DNA from: Dehalococcoidia bacterium | GTDB taxonomy: Bacteria; Chloroflexota; Dehalococcoidia; Lucifugimonadales; UBA3495 | Direction: 5' to 3' | NCBI GenBank assembly: GCA_965232815.1 | Contig: OZ247427.1 | Location: 98,447-162,446 of the forward strand | Length of the DNA: 64,000 nt | In this document: one piece after another, positions 25,795 to 36,233 of the stretch | Layout of the letters: the number at the start of each line of letters is the position of its first letter | Numbering within the stretch: the first letter of the stretch is position 1 | The notes under the pieces: generated by a model | Database searches by the model: none | What the model was told of the DNA's origin: nothing | Seen by the model: only the letters and a program-made list of their open reading frames with translations | Translations under genes and position numbers: made by a program

Positions 25795-26718
25795 ATGCAG
25801 CGCTACATTATCCTACGCATCGCTCAATCCGTCGTGGCGCTCCTGGTCATATCGGCCATTGTTTTCGCGTTGGCCAGGGTCACCGGCGACCCCGTAGCAA
25901 TCCTCTTGCCGGAAGATGCCAGCCCCAAGGTGGTTGAGCAGATCCGCACCAAATGGGGACTCGACCAGCCCATCTATGTCCAGTACGCCAAGTACATCGG
26001 TAACTTCGTCACTGGCGACTTTGGCGAAGCTTGGGCCTACGGTGGCGTCCCAATCACCGAACTCATCGCCCGCCGCTTGCCCAACACCATCTATCTGGCC
26101 TCGTTTGCGTGGATAGTGAGCGCTGGCATTGCTTTGCCCATCGGCGTGTTGGTGGCGGTCAAAAAAGACACTGTATTTGACTGGACCGGCAAAATCATCG
26201 CCCTAATCGGGCAGTCCGCTCCGTCGTTCGCCATCGGCCTGCTCTTGATGTGGGTATTCGCGGTGATCCTCGGCTGGCTCCCAACCTCGGGTAACGACGC
26301 TGGGTTCAAGTCAATCCTCTTGCCCGGAATAGCCCTCGGCTATTACAACGTGGCCGCCGTCATGCGCTTGACCCGATCTTCCATGCTGGAAGTCTTGGAC
26401 ACGGAATACGTCAAGCTCGCCCGGATCAAAGGCATGCCGGAGCGGAAAGTCATCTGGAAACACTGCTTCCGCAATGCCCTGATCGTCCCGTTTACCTACA
26501 TGGGACTCATCGGCGCAGTGCTGCTCACAGGTTCCGTCGTTATCGAAACCGTATTCGTTTGGCCCGGCCTTGGCGACCTCGCCATCGACGCCATTCGTAA
26601 CCGGGACTTCCCCGTGATTCAGGCCGTGGTAATACTGTTCGCGACGTTCTACATATTCATCAACCTGCTGGTTGACGTGATGTACGCGTACCTGAATCCG
26701 CGCATCCGCTACAACTAA
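25795..26718 (+). CDS. ABC transporter permease (DppB/OppB-like)
   Basis: 307 aa. MQRYIILRIAQSVVALLVIS N-terminus. EAA-type loop YVKLARIKGMPERKVIWKHCFRNAL. Confidence 0.85.
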   Translation: MQRYIILRIAQSVVALLVISAIVFALARVTGDPVAILLPEDASPKVVEQIRTKWGLDQPIYVQYAKYIGNFVTGDFGEAWAYGGVPITELIARRLPNTIYLASFAWIVSAGIALPIGVLVAVKKDTVFDWTGKIIALIGQSAPSFAIGLLLMWVFAVILGWLPTSGNDAGFKSILLPGIALGYYNVAAVMRLTRSSMLEVLDTEYVKLARIKGMPERKVIWKHCFRNALIVPFTYMGLIGAVLLTGSVVIETVFVWPGLGDLAIDAIRNRDFPVIQAVVILFATFYIFINLLVDVMYAYLNPRIRYN

Positions 26719-26763
26719 GGCGCCGATCACCTCGTAGCGCAGAACCCCAATAGGACCGGATTA

Positions 26764-27687
26764 ATGACCACTTCCGCAGCAACCCCGGGCGCATCTGCGT
26801 CTGCCGCCGACGCGCTCGCCGAACAGCAACGTAGCCGGGCCGGCCAGGTAATACACAACGTAAAGCAGTACCCCATCATCCCGTTGGTTATCCTGGCGGT
26901 GATGCTGATCATCCCGGCCGTCTTCGCCAATCTGATCTCGCCCCATGACCCCGTCGATGTCAATCTCCGCGCCCGGTTGATGCCCCCCGCCTGGATGGAA
27001 GGCGGCAGTTGGGAGTACGTGCTTGGCACCGACCGCCAGGGTTTTGACATCCTCAGCCGCATCATCCACGGCGCCAGGATTTCCCTGTCCATCTCCGTGC
27101 TGGCCATCGCCTTGGGTGGTGGCGTCGGCACCGTGCTCGGCCTTGTTGCTGCCTATCGCGGCGGTTGGATCGACACCCTGATCATGCGCATCGTTGACAT
27201 CAAGCTGGCGTTCCCGTCCATCCTGTTGGCGCTGGTGCTGGTGGCAGTCAGCGGCCCGGGCTTCCAGACCGTGGTCTTGGTAATCGCTCTCCTGTTGTGG
27301 GCCAGATTCGCCCGTATGGTGCGCGGCGAAGCCCTCGCCATCAAGCAGCAGGACTTCATCGCCCGCGCCCAGGTAGCCGGAGCATCACCAATCCGCATCA
27401 TGGTTCGGCATATCTTCCCCAACGTCGTCAACACCGTCGTCGTCTTGGCCACCTTGGAGGTTGGCCACGTCATCATCTTGGAGTCCACGTTGAGCTTCCT
27501 CGGTGCCGGCTTGGTCAAACCCACGCCCGCTTGGGGCCTCATGGTGGCTGACGGCCGCGCCCTCATCGTAACCGCGTGGTGGCTGTTCTTCTTCCCCACC
27601 TTGGCCATCGTCCTCACGGTGCTGTCCATGAACCTGCTCGGCGACTGGCTGCGCGACCGCTTGGACCCCAAGCTGCGCAACGTCTAG
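26764..27687 (+). CDS. ABC transporter permease (DppC/OppC-like)
   Basis: 307 aa. [22 protein letters not shown] and [24 protein letters not shown]. Confidence 0.85.
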   Translation: MTTSAATPGASASAADALAEQQRSRAGQVIHNVKQYPIIPLVILAVMLIIPAVFANLISPHDPVDVNLRARLMPPAWMEGGSWEYVLGTDRQGFDILSRIIHGARISLSISVLAIALGGGVGTVLGLVAAYRGGWIDTLIMRIVDIKLAFPSILLALVLVAVSGPGFQTVVLVIALLLWARFARMVRGEALAIKQQDFIARAQVAGASPIRIMVRHIFPNVVNTVVVLATLEVGHVIILESTLSFLGAGLVKPTPAWGLMVADGRALIVTAWWLFFFPTLAIVLTVLSMNLLGDWLRDRLDPKLRNV

Positions 27688-27747
27688 CCATCCACCCGCA
27701 ACTCGGATCTACAACGGCGGGGTGTCTAAGCACATCCCGCCAACCTT

Positions 27748-29181
27748 TTGCCCAACCCAACCCGGCTCCCAATGACCTCTAACCCTGGCAACTCAACATC
27801 GTCTGCTCAGACCCCTCCGGAACATCCGCAGGACCAAACGGACACCGACGACATCCTGCCTGATTGGGCCCAGGAATTACCCCGTCGGAGGCGGTTCCTT
27901 TCCCGACGCAATATTATTATCGCCGCAGTCGCGGTGGTGGTGATCGGCGTCGTCGTCTGGCTCAACTTCCCGTTCATTCCGGACCCGGTGAAATTGGCCC
28001 GCCAGCCCGATGTGGTCTTCGACACAGCATCGACCGCAGATCAATGGACCATGAATGGACGCACCCTCGGCCAAACCCGGTTCGCTGCGGATGTGGTCGC
28101 TGCGCCGGTAGGAAATCTGGCCTGGAGCGTGGATGCCGGCCCGCCTACACTGGCCGCGCCCCTGGTCTCCGACGGCCGCATCTATCTGGGCGCTCACTTT
28201 CGCATCGCAGTGCTGGATGCCGACACCGGCGCCGAATTGGAGTCCCTGGACGCCACTGGACCCATTGGCAACTCGCTGGCGTTGGTCGACGACACCCTGT
28301 ATTACTCCATGCCTGACCGCCGCCTGGTCGCTCGCGATGTCGCGTCTCACGAGTTCCGATGGGAGTATGTAATGTCAGACTCCACCGCGGGACCCGTGGC
28401 CGTCGCCGATGGCATCGTCTACGCTGGCGGTTTGGACGGCGTCACCTACGCCGTCAACGCCACGACCGGCGAATTGATCTGGCGCCATTCAACCCAGGGA
28501 GAGGTGCGATCTCCCGTATCCACCGCCGATCGGGTCGTGCATGTCGCATCGGCCGACCGCAGCCTGTACGCTCTCGATGCAAGGACCGGCCAAGAACGCG
28601 CTCGCTTCCGAACTGGTGCAGCCTTGGTCGCCGCGCCCGTAACTGCAAACGAGTTGACCTACTTCGTCTCAGGGCGCCAGCTATACGCGATGGACGCCAA
28701 TGCCCTGGAGTATCCGGGTCAATATGCGGTGACCCGCACTTGGTCTCAGCTATGGCTCTGGGGATTCCCGTTGCCATCTCCTCCGGCCCAGCCTGGCGAT
28801 CGTTGGCGATTGGGCCCGGACTATGCCGAAGGCATCACCAGTCGCCAGAAGCGCACCGAGGGAATCATATCGGCCCCCGCCGTGGCCGGCGACCGCCTCT
28901 ACATCGGCGATACCTTGGGCAAGTTCTACGGAGTGGACGCCATCACCGGCGAGGAACAATGGCAGTTCCAGGCCGTCAACGGGATCGTTGCGCCGCCCGT
29001 GGTGGTGGGCGACCTCGTGGCCTTCGGCGACAAGTCCGGCTTTCTATATGGATTGGATCGCCACGACGGCACGGAACTCTGGCGACTGCAATTGTCCGAC
29101 GAGATTCGCATCAGCCCCGTATACGCGGAAGGCCGCCTCTGGGTGCGTACCCAGGACGGCCAACTCCACGCGGTCGACTAG
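27748..29181 (+). CDS. membrane-anchored PQQ-like (BamB-type) beta-propeller repeat protein
   Basis: TM segment IIIAAVAVVVIGVVVWL. Repeats such as DGIVYAGGLDGVTYAVNATTGELIWRH and DLVAFGDKSGFLYGLDRHDGTELWRL. Start is uncertain (TTG 27748 or ATG 27772). Confidence 0.7.
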   Translation: MPNPTRLPMTSNPGNSTSSAQTPPEHPQDQTDTDDILPDWAQELPRRRRFLSRRNIIIAAVAVVVIGVVVWLNFPFIPDPVKLARQPDVVFDTASTADQWTMNGRTLGQTRFAADVVAAPVGNLAWSVDAGPPTLAAPLVSDGRIYLGAHFRIAVLDADTGAELESLDATGPIGNSLALVDDTLYYSMPDRRLVARDVASHEFRWEYVMSDSTAGPVAVADGIVYAGGLDGVTYAVNATTGELIWRHSTQGEVRSPVSTADRVVHVASADRSLYALDARTGQERARFRTGAALVAAPVTANELTYFVSGRQLYAMDANALEYPGQYAVTRTWSQLWLWGFPLPSPPAQPGDRWRLGPDYAEGITSRQKRTEGIISAPAVAGDRLYIGDTLGKFYGVDAITGEEQWQFQAVNGIVAPPVVVGDLVAFGDKSGFLYGLDRHDGTELWRLQLSDEIRISPVYAEGRLWVRTQDGQLHAVD

Positions 29182-29187
29182 CGACCG

Positions 29188-29970
29188 TTATTGGGCGGTA
29201 TATCCTCCGTCGATCACCAACTCGCTGCCCGTCATGAACGACGCCTCATCCGACGCGAGGAACAGCGCTCCGTTCGCGATGTCGTCCACCGTGCCGATGC
29301 GACCCATCGGCGTGTTGTCAATCCGCATCTGCCGTAACTCCGCATCGGACATCATGCGCTCGGTCATGGCTGTGTCGATGTAGCCCGGATGCACCGAGTT
29401 GCATCGGATGCCGTCGCCCGCGTACTGAACAGCCGTGGACTTGGTCAGGAGTCGCACCGCGCCCTTGGAACTGGCGTAAGCCGACCCCGCGCCCGAACCC
29501 GGGCTGAGCCCAACCAGGCCCGCAATCGACGAAATGTTGATGATCGAACCGCCCCCGGCGGTGCGCATTGCCGGTATCGCGGCCCGCGTTCCCAGGAAAA
29601 CCCCCTTTCCGTTCACGTCCATGATCTGGTCCCAGACCTCAACCGGAGCCTCGTGGATGCGCGGAGCATTGACGCCCCCAACGTTCGTGCTTCCGATGCC
29701 AGCGTTGTTCACCAGGATGTCCAGCTTGCCGTAGCGGCTCACGGCCTCCGTTACCGCATCCGCCCACTGGTCGGCGTCGGTGACGTCCAGATGGACAAAG
29801 GTGGCCTGCCCGCCCAACTCTCGGATTTCCGCCTCCAGTTTCAGCCCTTCATCGTCCAGGATATCGCCGATCACCACCGCGGCGCCTTCATTCACGAAAA
29901 GCCTCGCCTCCGCCGCGCCTTGTCCCCGGGCGCCCCCGCTGATCAGTGCTACCTTGCCTTCCAGTCGCAT
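29188..29970 (-). CDS. SDR-family oxidoreductase
   Basis: ATG at 29970 after GGGAGG. GKVALISGGARGQG cofactor motif and YASSK catalytic motif. Confidence 0.85.
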   Translation of the reverse strand: MRLEGKVALISGGARGQGAAEARLFVNEGAAVVIGDILDDEGLKLEAEIRELGGQATFVHLDVTDADQWADAVTEAVSRYGKLDILVNNAGIGSTNVGGVNAPRIHEAPVEVWDQIMDVNGKGVFLGTRAAIPAMRTAGGGSIINISSIAGLVGLSPGSGAGSAYASSKGAVRLLTKSTAVQYAGDGIRCNSVHPGYIDTAMTERMMSDAELRQMRIDNTPMGRIGTVDDIANGALFLASDEASFMTGSELVIDGGYTAQ

Positions 29971-30157
29971 TACTAACCTCCCAGTACAATGCTGGATAAT
30001 CGCGCCCATGTTATCGCATCATCACCCCGTTTGCGATGCTGATTACAGTCATAGGCACGTCTCAGGACACTGCAAAACACGACGATGCCGCGCGGACATC
30101 CGTCTCCCATCGTCTTCGCCACATCGTCGTCTCAGCGCAGCCTACCTCAACAATGTA

Positions 30158-30179
30158 GGGGCGAATAATCATTCGCCCC
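30158..30179. repeat. REP-like GC hairpin, same family (copy 2)
   Basis: GGGGCGAAT-AATC-ATTCGCCCC, 33 nt downstream of the lactonase stop. Confidence 0.7.
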
Positions 30180-30211
30180 CGATTGACTGACATTGTCGTG
30201 GCGAGGCCGCT

Positions 30212-31261
30212 CTACCCCAACGTCGTCGTCAGCACCCACATCGGCCGCTCTCCCACCGAGTACGTCCCCAGCGGTGTCATTGCGCCCGTACCCGGGTCGA
30301 TGCCGTAGGATGCTAGTTGTCCGGTCGCCGACCCTGCGGCGTATACATACCGCCCCGATGGATCCAGGCTGAAGGCGCTGGGCACCGCTTCGGTAGATGC
30401 ATGGTCTGCCGGCGTCAGCCGTCCCTCACCATCCACCGTGAAGCTCGCGATGCTGTTGTGCCCCCGGTTCGGCACGAACAACAGCTTGCCGTCCGGCGAG
30501 AACTGGATCTGCGAGCATGTGTTGCGCTCCGAGACCCCCGCCGGCAGCGTCGACACCGTCTCCAGGGGCGTCAGCCGCCCACTCCCATCTATCGTGTAGG
30601 ACGACACGCTGGAACCCTGCTCGTTGGAGAAATACACCACGTCCAGGGAGGGGTGATACGTGAGATGTCGCGGCCCGATCATGTCATCCTGCGCCAGCGT
30701 GGGCGGATCGTTGGCAGTCAGCGTCCCGTTGTCCACATCAAAACGAAACTGGTAGATGATGTTCGGAGCCGGGATATTCTTGGGTGGCTCCAGCACGTTG
30801 TCATTCTGCCTGGCGATGTGCGGCACGTATGCGAACCGGTTGGAGCGGTCGGTCTGTATGGAATGCGCGCCAGTATCGGTATCCAGCACGCAGGTCGCCG
30901 CGCCGCCCACGCTGCCGTCGTCGCCCAGCGGATGCACCGCCGCTTTCCCGTCGGCGTAGTACGACGAAAGCAGGAACCGCCCCGTCCGGTCGGTGGACAA
31001 AAATGCCGGCTGTCCCGGCGGTACCACCGAACCCGTCTGCGTCAACTCACCTGTTTGTTGGTCGATCCGGTGGCTGGTTATTTCGGGCACCTCTCGGTGT
31101 CCCGCGTACATCGTCTGTTTGTCGGGGCTGATCGCCAGCAGCGATGGCCCGCCGGTGACGGGCTCCTCCCCAACTCGGGTCAGCGAACCGCTGGCCTCAT
31201 CCAATGAGAAAATCGACAGTTTGTTGTCGTCTTGGGCCGCTACGTACACATAGGTTGCCAT
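30212..31261 (-). CDS. lactonase-family 7-bladed beta-propeller protein (6-phosphogluconolactonase/cycloisomerase-2 type)
   Basis: ATG at 31261 after GGGAGG. MATYVYVAAQDDNKLSIFSLD start, then GPRHLTYHPS and repeated blade motifs. Confidence 0.7.
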   Translation of the reverse strand: MATYVYVAAQDDNKLSIFSLDEASGSLTRVGEEPVTGGPSLLAISPDKQTMYAGHREVPEITSHRIDQQTGELTQTGSVVPPGQPAFLSTDRTGRFLLSSYYADGKAAVHPLGDDGSVGGAATCVLDTDTGAHSIQTDRSNRFAYVPHIARQNDNVLEPPKNIPAPNIIYQFRFDVDNGTLTANDPPTLAQDDMIGPRHLTYHPSLDVVYFSNEQGSSVSSYTIDGSGRLTPLETVSTLPAGVSERNTCSQIQFSPDGKLLFVPNRGHNSIASFTVDGEGRLTPADHASTEAVPSAFSLDPSGRYVYAAGSATGQLASYGIDPGTGAMTPLGTYSVGERPMWVLTTTLG

Positions 31262-31344
31262 GTTTTCTGCCTCCCTTTCTTCGATCTCGCCTGGGGTCCA
31301 ATCAAGATTCAGGGCGGGTTTCGCGCCCGCCCTGGTTGTGGTTG

Positions 31345-32196
31345 TCAGCGAATCAATTCCTCCGCCATGCGCTCCAGTTGCTGGCCCATCTCCTCCTCGC
31401 TGTCGGAATGGTTCGGCCACACGCACACCCGTAGCGCCCCGGCGTTGAGAAAATCGTCAACCGTTTGCCGCGTGGTTTCCGGTGGCTGACCGAAAACCGA
31501 AATGGTCAGTGCCTTGGGATCACGCCCTCGTTCCGCCGCCAGCGCGTCCATCTGTTCCCGGCTGTCTTCGATCTGCGCCGGAGTGGTGCGGTTGGGCAGC
31601 CATCCGTCCCCGTAACGCACCACGCGGCGCAGCACATTGCGGGCATTCCCCCCCAACAGCACCGGCGGGTGTGGCTGCTGCACTGGCTTGGGGTACATAT
31701 ACACGGGCGGGAAGTTGTAATACTTGCCGTGGAACTCGGCTTGGTCCTGCGTCCACAGTTCTTTGAGCGCCCCGATGGCCTCCTCGGTCTGCGTCCAGCG
31801 ATGGTCGAAGTCTCCGCCCATCATCTCGGTTTCCTCGCGATTCCAGCCGGCGCCAATTCCGAACACGAACCGGCCATTGCTGTGCCTGTCCAGAACCGAG
31901 ATCTGCTTGGCGAGAATCAACGGGTTCCGCTCCGGCACCAGCGTGATGCCCGTGCATAGCTTGATCCGGTCGGTTACCGCCGCCGCCATTGCCAGCGACA
32001 TATACGGATCCGAGAAGTGCCGGTACGTCCACGGTATCTCGCCGCCGGTAGCCGGGAACGGGCTGGCGCTGCTCACCGGAAGGATGGGATGTTCGTGATA
32101 CCAGATGGACTCAAACCCCAACTCTTCGGCCTTCTTGGCGACGAACGCCGGGTCCAGGGTGTAGGCAGGCAACGGTACGATTATTCCAACTGACAT
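31345..32196 (-). CDS. LLM-class (luciferase-like) flavin/F420-dependent oxidoreductase
   Basis: ATG at 32196 after GGAAGGAG. FESIWYHEHP and FGIGAGWNREE motifs. Confidence 0.75.
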   Translation of the reverse strand: MSVGIIVPLPAYTLDPAFVAKKAEELGFESIWYHEHPILPVSSASPFPATGGEIPWTYRHFSDPYMSLAMAAAVTDRIKLCTGITLVPERNPLILAKQISVLDRHSNGRFVFGIGAGWNREETEMMGGDFDHRWTQTEEAIGALKELWTQDQAEFHGKYYNFPPVYMYPKPVQQPHPPVLLGGNARNVLRRVVRYGDGWLPNRTTPAQIEDSREQMDALAAERGRDPKALTISVFGQPPETTRQTVDDFLNAGALRVCVWPNHSDSEEEMGQQLERMAEELIR

Positions 32197-32309
32197 TCGG
32201 TTTGCTCCTTCCTGGCAGCATGCCACATGATTTCAATGTTTTGTTGCGTGGTGTGTCGGAGTTTATCAGATGGACGCGGGCGCGGCGGTGCATCTTCACC
32301 CTCTACCGT

Positions 32310-33941
32310 TCATCCGCCACCTTGGTGCAACAGACTTCCCGCCAGTTCCCTGGCCTCATCCGGATCATTCACGAACCGTTCCGGTGGAACGCGCCGGAAA
32401 ACGTTCAGCGACCTCAGGTTGTCGCCTACCGGTCCCGACAGGCTGAGCACGATGACCTCCGTCTTGGTGGCGGCGGCCGCGTCGATCAATCGCTCCATCA
32501 CCAGGGCCGCGCTGTCGTCCATGTGTACGGTATCCGAAAAGTCAAAGATGACCACCTCGTGCTCTTCGATATCCGCTCCCACCAGCCACGCCAGTCGATT
32601 GGCGGAAGCAAAGGAGAACTCCCCACGCAGGGCCAGCAAGCCCACGCGGGCTGCGAACTCGTCGGCGGCATCATCATCGGGCCGGCTTGAAAAAAACTGC
32701 CGGTCTAGGATCGGCACCGATATCACGCTGCCCAACTCCCGCTGCTCCGATTCCCGGGCGCGCGCGAACGCCGCCACGATGAGACCCAGCACGATGGCGG
32801 TGATTAGATCCACGAATACGGTGAGCGCCAGCGTGAGGAGCATGACCAGCAGATAGTCGCGCCGCACGTGGCGGATCCGCTTGATGAGCCTCCAGTCTAT
32901 GATGTCCCATGCGACCTTGATCAGAACTCCGGACAACGCGGCCAACGGCATCGGTTCCGCGATTCTGCCGAATCCCAACACCAGGGCCAACAGCACGGCG
33001 GCGCACACCACGCCGGAGACCGGGCTGTTGCCGCCGGACCGGATGTTCAGGGTCGTGCCTGATGTTGCGCCGGCGCCGGGCAACGCTCCCAGCACTCCGG
33101 AGGCGATGTTTCCAATGCCCTGTCCCACCAACTCCTGATTGGATTTGTGGCGCGTGCGGGTCAGGGAATCTGCCACCAGCGAGGTGACCAGGCTGTTGAT
33201 CGACCCGATGAGGGCGAGCGTAAGGGCGGGCTGCACCGCGGATAACAGCAACTTGGGCGAAGGGTCTGGCAGCAGGAGGGAGGGCAGCCCTTGTGGGAGC
33301 GACCCGATCACAGGCGCGTCCCGCAGCCAAAAAGCCCCCAGCGCTGTGCCGAGAACTACGGCAGGCAGGGGTCCGGGCACGAACCGGGCCAGTTGCCGAG
33401 GCCACGCGACACAGATTGCCAGCGACACGGCACCGATGATTACGGCGTGATAATTTGCCCCCAGGACCGCGCCGGGCCATGCGCGAAAAATACTGAACAA
33501 ACCCCCGGGTTCGGGCGCGGCTCCCAGGAACGGCAGGGTCTGAATGATTATGATGATGACGCCAATGCCGGACGTGAAGCCGGCAATCATGGAATAAGGC
33601 GTATAGGTGATGAAACGGCCGATCCGCAGGGCGCCCAGCACTATCTGCATAAAGCCGGCGAGCATCACTATGGTGAACGCCTCGGCCAGCGTGTCGGCGT
33701 GCTGATTCAGCACCACCATCATCGCCACCGCCATGGCCGCTGACACGTAGGAGATGCGGGCGGGCGTACCACCAAAAACTGACGTGCAGAAACCGACGGC
33801 GACGGCTCCGTACATCCCCGCCAGTGGACCAAGCCCGGTTGCTACGCCGTAGGCCAGGGCCATCGGCAGTACGGCGGCGGCCGTGGTGACGCCACCGGAG
33901 ACATCCCCCAAAAACCTCCGCGGGTCGTAGTCTAGACGCAC
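32310..33941 (-). CDS. SulP-family anion transporter with C-terminal STAS domain
   Basis: 543 aa. DVSGGVTTAAAVLPMALAYG start motif, multi-TM core and a soluble C-terminal approx 120 aa. Confidence 0.85.
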   Translation of the reverse strand: MRLDYDPRRFLGDVSGGVTTAAAVLPMALAYGVATGLGPLAGMYGAVAVGFCTSVFGGTPARISYVSAAMAVAMMVVLNQHADTLAEAFTIVMLAGFMQIVLGALRIGRFITYTPYSMIAGFTSGIGVIIIIIQTLPFLGAAPEPGGLFSIFRAWPGAVLGANYHAVIIGAVSLAICVAWPRQLARFVPGPLPAVVLGTALGAFWLRDAPVIGSLPQGLPSLLLPDPSPKLLLSAVQPALTLALIGSINSLVTSLVADSLTRTRHKSNQELVGQGIGNIASGVLGALPGAGATSGTTLNIRSGGNSPVSGVVCAAVLLALVLGFGRIAEPMPLAALSGVLIKVAWDIIDWRLIKRIRHVRRDYLLVMLLTLALTVFVDLITAIVLGLIVAAFARARESEQRELGSVISVPILDRQFFSSRPDDDAADEFAARVGLLALRGEFSFASANRLAWLVGADIEEHEVVIFDFSDTVHMDDSAALVMERLIDAAAATKTEVIVLSLSGPVGDNLRSLNVFRRVPPERFVNDPDEARELAGSLLHQGGG

Positions 33942-33991
33942 CTTTATGCCCCGGAGATCAGAAGGATTGGGTGTTGGCTACCGACCCTGAG

Positions 33992-35533
33992 TTACTGACC
34001 CGAACCTATCCAGTCCGCGACCCGCTCGCCGATCATGATGGTGGTGCAGTTGGTGTTGGCGCGGATAACATCCGGCATCACCGACGCGTCGGCAACCCGC
34101 AGGTTCTCGATCCCATGCACGCGGCAATACTGGTCGACCACCGCCATGGCATCCGTGTCCGGCCCCATCTTGCATGTGCCGGAGAGATGCTGGCCAATGC
34201 ACACCTCGCGCAGCATCCAGTCGTCCAGCCGCTCGTCGGACGTCAGGTCACCTGCGGTCGGTGAAATCAACCCGTCGTAGATGTTGCGGAACTGCTCGTG
34301 GTCCAGCAGGCGCACGACGATTCGCACCGCTTCCCGCATGCGCTCCCGGTCCCAGTCCGCCTCCAGGTATCGGCAATCAATGTGAGGCTGCACATCAGGA
34401 TCAGTCGACTGCAACGTGAGTTCACCCGCGCTCTCCGCCAACTCCATCATGCACGTGAGTCGGATTCCCTCGTTGTCGAAAGGATCGCCGCCCAGCGGCG
34501 TCGAAAACGACGACGGGAAAATCTGCATGTCGTTGCGCGCATCCGAACCGCTGGCGGTGTACCGCAGCACCGTCTGGATGCGCGGCGCGTCGGGGTCCAG
34601 CGGGAAATCGTCCTTGACCTTGACCCGAACTGGCACCAGCGGGTGGTCTCGCAGATTCTTGCCCACACCCGGCAGGTCCTTCACCACAGGAATGCCCAGG
34701 CTCCGAAGCTCCCCAGCCGGCCCCACACCCGACAGCAGCAGCAGTTGCGGCGATGCTATCGCACCCGCGCACAGGACAATCTGGTCAGCCTCAACCTGGA
34801 AAACATCTCCGCCGCTCTCCACCTCTGCGCCCACGGCCTTGACTCCGTCAAACAGGATGCGCCGCACCCGCACATTGGCGCGGATGGTCAGGTTGAGCCG
34901 GTGCCGGTTGGGGTTCACGTAGGTGAGCGCGGTGCTCATCCGCACTCCGTTGGGATTGTTCATCGGAAACGGCCCGACACCCGTGGAATCGGGATGGTTG
35001 TGGTCATAGACCTCGGCGTATCCGACGTCGGTGCAGGCCTGAACGAACGCCTCCTGCAAGGGCAGCCATTTCTCCCTGCGGTGCCGGCGCACCGGTATCG
35101 GCCCGTCGAACCCGTGGAAGTCGTCGTTGATGTCGGTGTCCGTCTCCTGCTTGCGGAAGAACGGCAGGACGTTGATGTAACTCCACTCGTCGTTGCCCCA
35201 CGATGCCCACCTGTCGTAGTCCTCCGGCACGCCGCGCAGGAATACCTGCCCGTTGATGGCGCTGGTGCCACCGACTACACGGCCCCGCGGAACGTTGACG
35301 GGTTCAGTCTGCCGTGGTGTCCCGGTCCCAACGAACGACCAGTTGTGCGGCGCTCCCATCTCCGATGCCCGGGGTGCGTAGCCAAATTTCAGGTCATCGG
35401 GCGTCTGCTCCAGGTCAGGGTAGTCCGGCCCCGCCTCCAGCAGCAGCACCGACCTGTTGGGATCCTCGGACAGCCGCGTGGCCATGGTCCCTCCGGCGGA
35501 ACCGGCGCCGATCACGATAACGTCGTATTTCAT
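33992..35533 (-). CDS. GMC-family FAD oxidoreductase (paralog 1)
   Basis: MKYDVIVIGAGSAGG (GxGxxG), GGTSAINGQ, HLSGTCKMG and RVADASVMP. AGGAGC RBS. Confidence 0.85.
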   Translation of the reverse strand: MKYDVIVIGAGSAGGTMATRLSEDPNRSVLLLEAGPDYPDLEQTPDDLKFGYAPRASEMGAPHNWSFVGTGTPRQTEPVNVPRGRVVGGTSAINGQVFLRGVPEDYDRWASWGNDEWSYINVLPFFRKQETDTDINDDFHGFDGPIPVRRHRREKWLPLQEAFVQACTDVGYAEVYDHNHPDSTGVGPFPMNNPNGVRMSTALTYVNPNRHRLNLTIRANVRVRRILFDGVKAVGAEVESGGDVFQVEADQIVLCAGAIASPQLLLLSGVGPAGELRSLGIPVVKDLPGVGKNLRDHPLVPVRVKVKDDFPLDPDAPRIQTVLRYTASGSDARNDMQIFPSSFSTPLGGDPFDNEGIRLTCMMELAESAGELTLQSTDPDVQPHIDCRYLEADWDRERMREAVRIVVRLLDHEQFRNIYDGLISPTAGDLTSDERLDDWMLREVCIGQHLSGTCKMGPDTDAMAVVDQYCRVHGIENLRVADASVMPDVIRANTNCTTIMIGERVADWIGSGQ

Positions 35534-35591
35534 GCGGTTTGCTCCTGGAATGGCGCGGGATCACAAGCACGGATCAGTGAGATACCGGCCT

Positions 35592-36116
35592 CTACAATCC
35601 ACTCAAAAATTCGTCGGTGGTCATCACCGTGCCCTGTCGAGGATATACCTTCTCGGTCAGCACTCGGTGGACTTCAGGGTCACCGTCCGAACAGGCGTCG
35701 GACAACACGATGAACGAGTAGTTTATGTCAACGGCCCAGCGCACCGACGACAGAACGCATCCGCTAGTTGCAACACCCATGATCACCAGGTTGTCGCGCC
35801 CCATCTCGCGCAGCGTTACGTCCAGCGCCGTGGTCGAAAACGGTCCCGGCCTCACCTTCGTGATCACCAACTCACCCTCCGCCGGCGCCACGCCCTCGTG
35901 CAACTCCACGTCGGGCGCATACTCCGCGAACGGTCCACCTCGATGCACCACGTAAATCACGGGAATCCCGGCTGCCCTTGCGCCGGCCAACGCGCGAGCG
36001 GCGTTCGACACCACCGCATCCGGCTCGGATGCCACGTTGCTGATGATCCGCTGCTGGAAGTCCATGATCAACACGGCGGTGCGGCCCGCGTCGATCTTGC
36101 TAGCCTGTTGAGTCAT
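35592..36116 (-). CDS. isochorismatase-family cysteine hydrolase
   Basis: ATG at 36116 after AGGAGG. TAVLIMDFQ and VIMGVATSGCVLSS (catalytic Cys). Confidence 0.8.
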   Translation of the reverse strand: MTQQASKIDAGRTAVLIMDFQQRIISNVASEPDAVVSNAARALAGARAAGIPVIYVVHRGGPFAEYAPDVELHEGVAPAEGELVITKVRPGPFSTTALDVTLREMGRDNLVIMGVATSGCVLSSVRWAVDINYSFIVLSDACSDGDPEVHRVLTEKVYPRQGTVMTTDEFLSGL

Positions 36117-36182
36117 GGAATGCCTCCTGTACTGTGCGCGCGGCTCGTCGAAGTTGAGCGGTATTATAACGTCCAAAAAGTG

Positions 36183-36206
36183 GGGGGCGAATGATGATTC
36201 GCCCCC
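36183..36206. repeat. REP-like GC hairpin, same family (copy 3)
   Basis: GGGGGCGAAT-GATG-ATTCGCCCCC, 28 nt downstream of the NHL gene stop. Confidence 0.7.
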
Positions 36207-36233
36207 GTTAAAAGTGCACTCGGTGGTCTGACG

